From Malacoraja senta (lineage: Eukaryota): a DNA stretch of 64,000 bases. A program made the translations under genes and the position numbers. Of this stretch, positions 48,758 to 60,065 are shown in pieces (position 1 is the first letter of the stretch; every line of letters begins with the position of its first letter). The stretch lies in NCBI GenBank assembly GCA_038087875.1, contig CM075992.1:3536001-3600000 (forward strand). Direction: 5' to 3'. Below the pieces are notes generated by a model. The model searched no databases. It was not told where the DNA came from and saw only the letters and a program-made list of their open reading frames with translations.

Positions 48758-49712
48758 GTAGGAAATAAACCGGAGACTGTGGGTGTTGATTGGAAATCCA
48801 TGGTCTGTGGCGGAGCCAGTTTGAAGGGAGTGTTTAATTTAGTTTAGAAATACAGTTTAGAGATACAGCGCAGAAACAGGCCCTTCGGCCCACTGGGTCC
48901 ACGCCGACCAGCGATCCCTGCACATTTACACTATCCTACACCCACTAGGGACAATTTTTACATTTATACCAAAGCCAATTAACCTACAAACCTGTACGTC
49001 TTTGGAGTGCGGGAGAAAACCGAAGATCTCGGAGAAAAACCCACGCAGGTCACGGGGAGAAACGTACAAACTCCGTGCAGGGAGCACCCGTAGTCGGGAT
49101 GTAACCCGGGTCTCCGGCGCTGCATTCGCTGTAAGGCAGCAACTCTACCGCTGCGCCACCGTGACCGCCCACATGCGCCCTCGCCCGGGAGTGGGGTAGA
49201 AGGGCTGGGAGGTTGTGTTTGCGATGGGCCACCTCCACGTTGTTGTAACCAAGAATAGACCAGGTCATTGTTATAGTCGTACAGGGTGGAAACGGGGCCC
49301 TTCGGCCCAACTTGCCCATGCCAACCAACATGCACCATCTACACTTCTCCCACCTGCCTGCGTTTGACCCATATCCCTCTAAACTGTGGGCTTTCTCCGG
49401 GTGCTCTGTTTTCCTCCAACACTACAAAGATTTACAGGTTTGTTGATTAATTGGCTTTGGTAAAATTGTAGGCAGGTCACGGGGAGAACGTACGAACTCC
49501 GTACAGATAGCACTGATAGCCAGGATCAAATCTGGGTCTCTGGCATTGTAAGGCAGCAAATCTATCGCTGCGCCACCCACAGTGGCACGATTGGACAGTT
49601 TCATCGTTTGTCTGCACAGCATTTTTAGAATCGTGAGATCAATCAATTGGATATTTTCAATTTGTGATTTGTTTTCAAGAACTAATCTCACTTTATGTCC
49701 CGCCATTTGTAG

Positions 49713-50302
49713 GATTAAAGGGTGGTGGTGGTGGCGGTCCCAATGGCACCAACTTCCAGTACACCTTCCACGGAGACCCCCATGCTGTTTTCGCCGAGTT
49801 CTTTGGTGGGAGGAACCCCTTCGACATCTTCTTTGGTCAGAGGAATGGCGACGAGGAGATGGAGATCGACGAGGATCCTCTGAGCTCCTTCAGTGGGTTT
49901 GGCATGCACGGCATGCCCGGCATGCCCGGCATGCCCGGCATGGGTGGCATGCCCGGCTTCCAGCGGCCCAGGACGGCGGCCAAGAAGCAGGACCCTCCGG
50001 TCACTCACGAACTGAAGGTTTCCCTGGAAGAGATTTTCACCGGCTGCGCCAAGAAGATGAAGATCCGTCGTAAGCGCCTGAATCCCGACCGGCAGACGAT
50101 GAGGCAGGAGGATACCATCCTCACCATCGACATCAAGAAGGGCTGGAAGGAAGGGACGAAAATCACCTTCCCCAAGCAAGGAGATGAAACGGCCAACAAT
50201 ATTCCCGCAGACATCATCTTTGTTCTGAAGGACAAACCGCATCCAGTCTTCAAGCGGAATGGATCTGACATAATCTACGTGGCAAAAATCACCCTCCGGG
50301 AG
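49713..50302 (+). CDS. DNAJB1: DNAJB1 second coding exon (G/F region and C-terminal domain I)
   Basis: TTTGTAG|GA; YTFHGDPHAVFAEFFGGRNPFDIFFGQRNG and KKQDPPVTHELKVSLEEI are DNAJB1-like rather than DNAJB4-like; ends ITLRE|GTAACG in phase 0. Confidence 0.9.
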
Positions 50303-50365
50303 GTAACGCTTTTTTTTTAAACGTAATTTCGTTAGTCAGAGGGTGGTGAATCTGTGGAATTCTTT

Positions 50366-50565
50366 NNNNNNNNNNNNNNNNNNNNNNNNNNNNNNNNNNN
50401 NNNNNNNNNNNNNNNNNNNNNNNNNNNNNNNNNNNNNNNNNNNNNNNNNNNNNNNNNNNNNNNNNNNNNNNNNNNNNNNNNNNNNNNNNNNNNNNNNNNN
50501 NNNNNNNNNNNNNNNNNNNNNNNNNNNNNNNNNNNNNNNNNNNNNNNNNNNNNNNNNNNNNNNNN
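50366..50565. other. Assembly gap (200 N)
   Basis: Run of exactly 200 N. Confidence 1.
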
Positions 50566-51376
50566 CACCGAAGACAGACGCAAAATAACTCAGCGGGTCA
50601 GCAGCATCTCTGGAGAATGCCGAGACCCCTTCTCCAGCCTGAGAGTCGGGGAGAGGGAAACCTAGAGATGTTGAAAAGGTACAAAGAACAAAGGATGCAA
50701 AAGACAAATCAAAGCCAGCAACGATGATCAGGAAAGGAGGAGCCCACAATGCTCCATTGTTGGCTGTGGAAAAGCGAATTGCTGTAAGCATGACCTGACG
50801 TTTTCATTCCTGTCATTGTCAATGTGTTGAAAGCCATTTAGCTTCTGATGCAGAAATACTCAATAACGTTTGCAAAAGATCCAAAGGCATTGGTAAGATA
50901 GTTGAGAGGAAACTGTGCAAATAAGATATTCAGCGCTTTGTCGTACAGATGAGGCAATTTTATGACGTTGAGCAGATTACAATTGTATGTTTCTTAATGG
51001 ATAAAATACATAATTTCACAATTCTTGAGAGAAGGAAAGGGTGACGTTTCCTTCTCTCCAGAGATGCTGCCTGTCCTGCTGAGTTACTCCAGCATTGTGT
51101 GTCTACTTTCAATTTAAACCAGCATCTGCAGTTCTTTTCTACACATTTCACAATTCTTGCTTCAGTTCCTTTCCAGATAATGCTTCTGCCATCTACGTGC
51201 AGGAGTGTTGTAATCTGCATTCAACATAATTTTTTAATAGCCATCTGCATTTTAGATTTGTTATTCAGGAATGAAGCCTACAAATTTATAAAGATTGTAA
51301 TTTTTCTCCCCACATCCCTTGATTCCATTAGCCCTAAGAGCCTATATCTAACTCTCTCTGAATATATCCAGTAAAT

Positions 51377-51920
51377 ACATCACCTGCAACCTCCTCCAAC
51401 CTCATCTATTGCATCCGCTGCTCTAGGTGTCAGCTGCTCTACATCGGTGAGACCAAGCGTAGGCTTGGCGATCGCTTCGCCGAATACCTCCGCTCAGTCC
51501 GCAATAACCAACCTGATCTCCCGGTGCTCAGCACTTCAACTCCCCCTCCCATTCCGAATCCGACCTTTCTGTCCTGGGCCTCCCTCCATGGCCAGAGTGA
51601 GTTCCACCGTAAATGGAGGAGCAGCACCTCATATTTCGCTTGGGGCAGTTTACACCCCAGCGGTATGAACATTGACTTCTCCAATTCCAGGTAGTCCTTG
51701 CTTTCTCCCTCTTTCCCCTTCCCCTTCCCAGCTCTCCCTCAGCCCACTGTCTCCGCCTCTTCCTTTCTTCTTCCCACCCCCACATCAGTCTGAAGAAGGG
51801 TCTCGACCTGAAACGACACCTATTCCTTCGCTCCATAGATGCTGCTGCACCCGCTGAGTTTCTCCAGCACTTTTGTCTACCTTCGATTTTCCAGCATCTG
51901 CAGTTCCTTCTTAAACATAG
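51377..51920 (+). mobile_element. Penelope-like retroelement 3' fragment (GIY-YIG, frameshifted) with terminal repeat
   Basis: SNLIYCIRCSRCQLLYIGETKRRLGDRFAEYLRSVR; degenerate hammerhead core CTGAAGAAGGGTCTCGACCTGAAAC at 51790. Confidence 0.85.
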
Positions 51921-52111
51921 ATTCTTGATTAGTACGGGTGTCAGGGGTTATGTGGAAAAAGGTAGGAGAATGGGGTTGAGAGGGAGAGATTGATCAGCCG
52001 TGATTGAATGGCGGAGTAGACTTTGATGGGCCGAATGGCTTAATTCCGCTCCTATAACTTGCGAACGTGAATCTTTAGGCTTCTCTCACCTGCCTCTGCT
52101 CTCCATTGCAG

Positions 52112-52260
52112 CTACTACCATGGTGGACCTGGGCAAGGACAGGAGGAACCCCGATGAGTTTGCGCAGGCGCTGGACGAGGAGCTCGGTGACTTTGCCTTT
52201 CCCGACGAGTTTGTCTTCGACGTCTGGGGCGCCATTGGGGACGCGAAGGCAGGCCGGTGA
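52112..52260 (+). CDS. GIPC1: GIPC PDZ domain-containing family member 1, last coding exon (GH2 domain)
   Basis: CCATTGCAG|CT then TTMVDLGKDRRNPDEFAQALDEELGDFAFPDEFVFDVWGAIGDAKAGR*, close to the recalled GIPC1 C-terminus; this frame is not in the ORF track. Confidence 0.9.
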
Positions 52261-52729
52261 TGAGCAAGGCAGTTGCAAAGACTTGACACTCAATGGATGC
52301 ATCACTGGAAAAATATTTATATAGAGAGAAAATATGCTAATAATCTTAGACCTTTGGGAGCTGGGTTCTTTTTACGAACATTTTATGAAACGATTTTATA
52401 CGGTTTGCACTGACAACAATTGCTTCTAGTTCTACACCTGTATTTGGAGGTGAGAAGCTTGTGGCTTTTAGGTGCAATATTGTGTTTGCTGCTGGACTCT
52501 GCAAAGTGGATGCTGACATTTAGAGAGCGTTTTCCCGTGACACAATTATGCAAAAGGTTATTTTTAATATATTTTGCAGGTACATTGGCGAGAATCAATT
52601 TTTTTTTTTTTTGAGGTTGGTGGGGGGAAAAATGGAGGATGTGGGAAAACAAAAAACACACTCTAAAGATGTGAATTCCTGCCAGGATTGCGGGCTGCAG
52701 ATTAAAAAACAATGTTTTGAGCCCAATAA

Positions 52730-53149
52730 AGGGCCTGTCCTACTTTCACGAGGTAATTCACGAATTCTGCCGAGGTTTCCCCTTGATTCAAACTCGCAGA
52801 ATGTCGTAACGAGGTCGTAGGAGTTCGTAGATATATGGTAGCGGCTCGTACGCCAGCTGTAGGTACTCGGGCATCAGGTAAGTCGGGACGTTTTTTTCCA
52901 GCCCGGTAAAAAATGTCCACGAGTAAAAGAAAATGATCGGGATGAAAGAAATTGCAACTTTTTTCTCGTAAAAGGGCATGGAAATAGTCGTGGGGGAATT
53001 CGTAGACATACTCGTAGGAGTTTGTGAACATAGTCGTGGAAGGTTGTAGAAGTTCGTAGATTACCTCGATCCTGATATTTTTTTTTTGTTTTAGGTCCTT
53101 TAAATTCGGCAGAGGTTTTGAATTAAGTCGTGAAAGGGGGACAGGCCCT
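52730..53149. mobile_element. PIF/Harbinger-like MITE in the presumed GIPC1 3' UTR
   Basis: AGGGCCTGTCC...GGACAGGCCCT TIRs; TAA/TAG flanks. Confidence 0.75.
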
Positions 53150-54556
53150 TAGGAAGAGATGGTGGTTCCCAATCTTGGAACAGAGTTGCACCTGTTCAGG
53201 GTGTCCAAACCCACCAAAGCCTGATGATCTTTTTACATCCTGGGCTGGAAGTAGTTTTGCATTTTGAGCTGCTAGTGCACTAGGTATACTTTTATTTATT
53301 ACTTGTGAGCTTTCTAATTAAATTACCTCAATGCTTTTAAAGCCTTTATAATCACCAGGTGCACTCCAACCTGTAGAAAGGTCACTTGGTCTAATCTGGG
53401 ACCATGACACTAAGCGACTCTGTTCACTGAAACACTTTATTATCGTTCTCACAAAGGGATGCCAGAGGAGGTAGTTGAGGCAGGTGCTATCGCAAAGTTT
53501 AGTATCTGAAACATTTAGACAGGCACATGGATAGGACAGGTTTAGAGGGATATGGGCCAAACGCAGGTAGGTTGGATTAGTGTAGATGTGGCATGTTGAC
53601 CGGTGTGGGCAAGTTGGGCCGAAGGGCCTGTTTCCACACTGCAAGACTCAATGACTCTATCTTAACTGATGCTTAATATTTCTGTCTTTTGCGATAATTC
53701 TACGTTTAAAAAGTTTGTCAAGACCCTTTCTTCAGATTGTGGAAACTGTGAATTGTGGAAATCTGAAATAAGAGCATCAGTGGGTCAGGCAGCATCCGTG
53801 GAAAGAGAAACTGTTAACTTTTGGAAAAAGCTGGAAGCAGATGAAGGGTCTCGATATGAAATGTTGACTGTCCAGTCAGACTGCAGTCAAGTCTTGACCT
53901 GAAATGTCGCCCATCCTGTTCTCCAGGGATGCTGCCTGACCTGCGGAGTTACTCCAGCACTTTGAGTCCCATTGTGTAATTAACCAGCATCTGCAGTTCC
54001 TTGTTTCCACGTTTTCTCAGCCTATTTGTCTGGTTTGGATTTTGTTTTGACAGCTTTCTCTGAGTGGGATATTGGGCTGTTATTTGCCATTTAAAGGTCA
54101 AAATACAAAAGATTGCCTCTTGGGACACAGCGAGCAGCATGCTTTTTTTTTGGGAAGAGATATATAATAAAGTTTTGGAATGCCACTTAACTACATGTTT
54201 AGAAATTCTCTTTAAGAGAGAGTTAACAGTTTGTGTAACAAAATTAATGTTACAACATTGAAACTCGTATTGTCTACGGTCAACTTGAATTGAACAGACT
54301 ATCCAATTAGTTCCATTCCTCTCCATGAAAGAACTAGATAGCGTGGTTGTGTAAGGAGGTTACTTGAAATGGAGCGTCCAGAGCCAGAGGGCACAGCCTC
54401 AGAATAAAAGGACATACCCGAACGGGAGATGAGGAGGAATTTCTTTAGCCAGAGGGTGGTGAATCTGTGGAATTCATTGCACAGATGGCAGTAGAGGCCA
54501 AGTCATTGGGTATTTTTTTAAAGCAGAGATGATTGATAGACTCCATTGATCTGTAA

Positions 54557-54786
54557 AGGCCTGCCCACTTACGCGACCTTTACAGGCGACTGCCGGCACC
54601 AGCAATAGGTTGCCGGAATTTTCGACATGTTGAAAATTCAGCGGTGACCAGAAAGACGCTACGACTCTTTGGAGACCTCTCACGACCATACAGACGACCC
54701 CTGACGACATGTCGCGGGTGACCTCTCACGACCTATCACGGGTGCCGGCAGTCGCCTGTAAAGGTCGCGTAAGTGGGACAGGCCCT
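54557..54786. mobile_element. PIF/Harbinger-like MITE inside a CR1 tail
   Basis: TIRs as above; clean TAA/TAA duplication of the host CR1 site. Confidence 0.85.
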
Positions 54787-56539
54787 TAAGGGTGTCAAAG
54801 GTTACGAGGAGAAGGCAGGAGATTGGAGTTGAGAGGAAAAAAAAGATCAGTCGTGATCAGATGGCGGAGCAGACTCGATGGGCCGAATGGCCTAATTCTG
54901 CTCCTCTATCTTGTGGTTTTGTCTCTCTATCCATTTCTCCTACTCTATCCCCAACACACTGCAAATATTTTTCTGATCTGTCTTTTTTTCTTCGAAAACT
55001 CCAGTTTAAACAGTTTCCTCTGATCTTTCAAACATTCCAATCCATCATAACTCGCAGCTTAAAATAAGAACTGCTCACGCCATCAGTTCCAACGCTAAAT
55101 AAAATTCCTTCACGTTATTGACACACTGCCACTTGCTATATCTGATTCTGGACTATTATCAAAACTATTTATAATTTGGAATATTTTTAAATTAGTCCCA
55201 TCTCTGCTTATTGAAGATAAATTCTAGATTTCTCTGCCTTTGGTTAACAAAACCCCCCTCTTCCCTGTTTTGATTATTGACCCACACAGCTAAACATTAA
55301 GAAACGACGCAAAGTGCAGGAGTAACTAAGCAGTCAGGTAACATCTGTGGAGAACATGGATTAGGTGATTTTTCGTGTGTGGGCAGGAACTGCAGATGCT
55401 GGTTTACACCGAAGATAGACACTAAAATGCTGGTGTAACTCTGATTTTTCATGTCAAGAACCTTCTGTAGACTTGAACTTTAAATATGAAGAAAGATACT
55501 TGCAAATGGGAGCAAAGTGCCTGAGTCTGGCATCCAGTTATCAACACATAGACTAATAACTTAAATATAATGGAGCGGCTGGGCTTGTACACTCTGGAGT
55601 TTAGAAGGATGAGAGGGGATCTTATTGAAACATATAAGATTATTAAGGGTTTGGACACGCTGGAGGCAGGAAACACGTTCCCGATGTTGGGGGAGTCCAG
55701 AACCAGGGGCCACACAGTTTAAGAATAAGGGGTAAGCCATTTAGAACGGAGACGAGGAAACACTTTTTCCCACAGAGAGATGTGAGTGTGGAATTCTCTG
55801 CTTCAGAGGGCGGTGGGGTCGGTTCTCTGGATACTTCCAAGAGAGAGCTAGATGGGGCTCTTAAAGATAGCAGAGTCAGGGGATATGGGGAGAAGGCAGG
55901 AACGGGGTACTGATTGGGGATGATCAGCCGCGATCACATTGAATGGCTCGAAGGGCCGAATGGCCTACTCCTGCACCTATTGTCTATTGTCTATAACTTT
56001 TCCTTTTGTTAATCATGTTTGCTGGTGTCCAGCGTGGAATAGATGACTCGTATCTAATGTTTCAATGTGGTAGAATATCACTGAACACTTGGCCTTTCGG
56101 AGACCACTTGCAGAGCTGCTGTCATTTTGTACATGGTTGAAATAATTTCTACAAAGTTAGTTGTCAACACTGAAAATGTTCTATTTATTTTTGATTCTAA
56201 TGCATTTATCACTTTATATATATAGTCTGTTCCGCACAATATTTCAGTACATGCATCTCACGTTTTATGTATGTTTGATGAATGTGTTTTTGCAATAACA
56301 TGCTTGTTTAATTAACACTAAAACCCGATTCACACGCTGTACTTTTGAAATACCGCGCTCAAATTTATCGGAAGGAACTAGAGATGCTGCTTTACACCGA
56401 AGATAGACACAAAATGCTGGAGCAACTCAGCGGGACGGGTGGCATCTCTGGGGGGAAGGAATGGGTGACGTTTTGGGTCGAAACCCTTCTTCGGACTGAG
56501 CTCCTTCTCTCCAGTGATGCTGCCTGTCCCGCTGAGTTA

Positions 56540-56757
56540 AGGGCCTGTCCCACTTTCACGACCTAATTCACGACCTTTTTTTACTCGTGGACATTTATCA
56601 TCATGTTGAAAAAACTCCCCGACCTACTTGATGCTACGAGTACCTACGATTAGCATCACGACCTACCTACGACCTCGTGACGACCATGCTGCGAGTATGA
56701 GTCAAGGGCAAACTCGGCAGAGGTCGTGAATTAGGTCGTGAAAGTGGGACCGGCCCT
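56540..56757. mobile_element. PIF/Harbinger-like MITE inside a Penelope-derived repeat
   Basis: TIRs as above; TTA/TAA flanks at the host GAGTTACTCC site. Confidence 0.8.
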
Positions 56758-57371
56758 TAACTCCAGCATTCTGTTTCTACCGCACTCAGATTTATGCCTG
56801 TTTATATGTCTTATGTCTAATTTCTGTTTTTGTATTACGCGCTGCTTTTCAGGAAGGTAACTCCTTCATAAAATGCAAGGTACCTGGACATTATTGTTCC
56901 ATAGTCAGTTTACCATGACCACCAGTCTCTCCCTATTCACAGCCCACATATTAAACTCCTTGACAATGGTCTGGGTATGTAGTTTACCACTGTAAACACT
57001 CACAAACCTTAAATTGTAGCTGCATTTAACCGGATATGCAACTCCTTGTTCTGCAGTGCAAAACATTTAGTCTTGCAGATCATGGTGCTACAAACAGCCG
57101 GTCGGATCATAACGAGGGTCCCTCAGTCAGAGAATAAGGTAAACTTTTTATCATACGTTCTAATGATGTTGGTTGAAGGATAAATGTTGGCCAAGGTCCA
57201 GGACAACCTGCTATTTGAGTGTTGTGGAGTCTTGATGTACTGTGTTTTTACATTGGAGTTGAAACATGGCAGAGGCACACAGTTTAGTTTGGAGATACAG
57301 CGCGGAAACGGGCCCTTCAGCCCACCAAGTCCGCACCGACCAGCGACCCCCGCACGTTAACACTATACTAC

Positions 57372-57503
57372 TTCTTCTTTCGTGTGGCGTGCACAGCCTA
57401 ACGTTGGACAACTTGTTCTATTTGATCTTCCGTTTGTGCACGTCGAGTTGATTGCATTAGTCGAAACAGGGCGGACCACGTGAAGGTTGCAATCTTCCAC
57501 CCC
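57372..57503 (-). mobile_element. Short ribozyme-headed retroposon, copy 3 (intact), inserted in a SINE
   Basis: 5' GGGGTGGAAG..., 3' GAAAGAAGAA tail; 12-bp TSD ACACTATACTAC at 57360-57371 and 57505-57516. Confidence 0.9.
57450..57503 (-). ncRNA. Minimal HDV-like self-cleaving ribozyme, 54 nt
   Basis: GGGGUGG-AA-GAUUGCA-ACC-UUCACGU-GGU-CCGCCCU-G-UUUCGA-CUAA-UGCAAUC. Shows P1 with G1.U wobble, 7-bp P2, 3-bp P3, 7-nt L3, vestigial P4 (UUCG loop) and catalytic-C motif CUAA. Confidence 0.8.
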
Positions 57504-58051
57504 CACACTATACTACACACACTAGTGACAATTTACACTTTTACCAAGGCAATTAATCTACAAACCTGCATGTCTTTGGTGTGTAGGAGTAAACTGGAGC
57601 ATCCAGAGAAAACCCACACAGGTTATGGGGAGAAGGTACAAACTCCGTTCAGGCAAGCACCTGTAGTCAGGATGGAACCTGGGTCTCTGACTCTGTAAGG
57701 CAGCAACTCTACCACTGCACCACCTTGCCGACCTGATAGAGCTGCTGGCCCACCGCTTCAGAGAACCGGGTTCGATGCCGACCTTGAGTGCTAATGTTGA
57801 TGGCATGTTCACTCTGTGACAGTGTGGGTTGCCGCCCATGTTTCAAAGGGGTCTTTCTGCCGACTGGATAGCACGCAACAAAAGCTTTTCACTGTATAAT
57901 TAATTAAAATCATGTATAATTATGATGCTTCAATTAAATAATTATAATTTAATTATTTAAATCAGATAATTTAATTACACGATTGTATAATTAATTAAAA
58001 CACTGTATAATAAATTAAACTGAACTGAACGGGTTAGATTATTAACCTTTA

Positions 58052-58369
58052 AGGGCCTGCCCCACTGTACGAGCTAATTCCAAGAGTTCTTCGGAGTTTC
58101 CCCGATTCGAACTCGGAGAATTACGGTAATAGCCGCTCGTAGCCTACTCGGGGTTCTCGTGGACATTTTGCAACATGTTGAAAAATTTTCATGAGTCTTC
58201 ACGAGCTTACCGCGTTTCCTGAGTACCTGCCGTTGGCGTTACGAGCCGCTAAGAGACGTCCCGAGCTCCGAAGTACCCGCGACGTACATTCTACGTGCTT
58301 ACCACGAGTTTGATTATATTTTGAACTCGGGAGAGCGCTTGAATTAGCTCGTACAGTGGGACAGGGTCA
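58052..58369. mobile_element. PIF/Harbinger-like MITE
   Basis: Degenerate TIRs with extended inverted arms (CCCACTGTACGAGCTAATTC/GAATTAGCTCGTACAGTGGG); TTA/TTA flanks. Confidence 0.75.
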
Positions 58370-58717
58370 TTAGTGTACGAGGAGAATTGGGCAGAATTAA
58401 CGGGCAGGCGAGAGAGAAGAGATTGCACAGAAATAATGGGGGGAATGTGACCGATGAGAATGCTTTGTGAGGGAGCATGGGCTCAATGGGCCAGATGGTC
58501 TCTGGGCTATCCCTGGAACATAAGTAAAATATGATGGCCCTAGTGAAGCAGCACTCCTGATTGAATGCATGTACCATACATGCTCATGATACATTGAGCT
58601 CTTTATCATGTTCGATGCAGGACATGTCATACATGTTCAATACATGCCCTACATAATGTGAAATGTAACATGTGCAAGATCCAGAGAGAGACTTGAAGAC
58701 AATTCTCTGGCCAGGAA

Positions 58718-58940
58718 GACAGACACAAAATGATGGAGTAACTCAGCGGGACAGGCAGCATCTCTGGAGAGAAGGAATGGGTGACGTTTCGGATCGACAC
58801 CCTTCAGAGCCTGAAGAAGGGTCTCGACCCGAAACGTCACCCATTCCTTCTCTCCAGAGATGCTGCCTGCCCCGCTGAGTTACTCCAGCACTTTGTGTCC
58901 ATCTTCGGTTTAAACCAGCATCTGCAGTTCCTTCCTACAC
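58718..58940. mobile_element. Penelope-derived inverted terminal repeat pair; intact hammerhead core at 58811-58838 (+)
   Basis: Head-to-head arms as at 9890-10107; CTGAAGAAGGGTCTCGACCCGAAACGTC. Confidence 0.75.
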
Positions 58941-59689
58941 AATTCTCTGGCCGACACTGAGCAAACAGGATACTTGGTACAAAACAGGGCCGTTTATCTC
59001 CTGTTATAATTTCTGTTACTGATCTGTATAGCTTTAGGCAACAATAGTTTTTGTATTACTAATACAGTGTAGTATATTGTTACAGAAAAATCTGACTTGC
59101 AGACATTGTATGATGGGGTTATGAGGTGCGTATTTTCAGCTATTATGATGCCAGGTGACCGTGGTTGGTAGCAGCACTTGGTACACAATTACCTCGGCAC
59201 TTTATATAAAACTCCTTGCCTGCTGTTGCCTTTTCTTCAGACTTCAGGGTCGCCATGAAGTGTGTTCTCTTCTGATTTTCGATGCTCTTGTAAAGCTTTG
59301 CCACCTGGCAGCTCGCTTTGGACTGGGGTGTGTAGTTAGGGGTGGCAGGGCTCGAGACATTTGCACTAACGGTTGCTGGCAGCACAATGGGGTAAAACCC
59401 TGGGTGGGAGGGCGAAGCGTTTGGTTTGCGACGAGCAGACTGATTGACAAGATGACTGACATGTGTTTTATGTTGGATTGTTTTAACTTTAATGCACTTA
59501 ATAAAATGAACTATTTTGTATTGCAGTTGTAGTCCCTTTTTGCAATTACTACCCTTGCACTGTTGACAGATGATGGTGACGCTACTTTCAAAGTGGTTTA
59601 ATAGTTCTTTATTATCATCTTCTTTTGTGTCTGTCTTCCGTGTTTCAAATGTTGACATCGCTGTCATCGTCCGTCCTGAAAACGATGCG

Positions 59690-60065
59690 TCGCTGCCTCA
59701 AAAAGGCTGGCAGCATCATCAAAGACCCACACCATCCTGGCCACACACTCATCTCCCTGCTACCTTCAGGTAGAAGGTACAGGAGCCTGAAGACTGCAAC
59801 AACCAGGTTCAGGAATAGCTACTTCCCCACAGCCATCAGGCTATTAAACTTGGTTCGGACAAAACTCTGAACATTAATAGCCCATTATCTGTTATTTGCA
59901 CTTTATCAGATTATTTATTCATGTGTGTGTATATATTTATATAATGGTATATGGACACACTGATCTGTTTTGTATTCATGCCTACTATGTTCTGTTGTGC
60001 TGAAGCAAAGCAAGAATTTCATTGTCCTATCAGGGACACATGACAATAAACTCTCTTGAATCTTG
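59690..60065 (+). mobile_element. Rex1/Babar-like LINE 3' fragment
   Basis: KKAGSIIKDPHHPGHTLISLLPSGRRYRSLKTATTRFRNSYFPTAIRLLN, typical of Rex1-type C-termini; AATAAA plus CTTGAA tail. Confidence 0.75.

Noticed and set aside
49713..52260. DNAJB1-GIPC1 fusion gene
   Set aside because: An assembly gap separates them and the splice phases (0 versus 1) are incompatible with the GIPC1 frame.
57895..58020. AT-rich TAATTAATT segment as a regulatory element
   Set aside because: Low-complexity sequence at a retroposon tail with no specific evidence of function.
59143..59667. Overlapping 125-174 aa ORFs in unique sequence
   Set aside because: No recognisable protein similarity or consistent exon structure. 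It could be a non-coding exon or enhancer, but the sequence alone does not support this.
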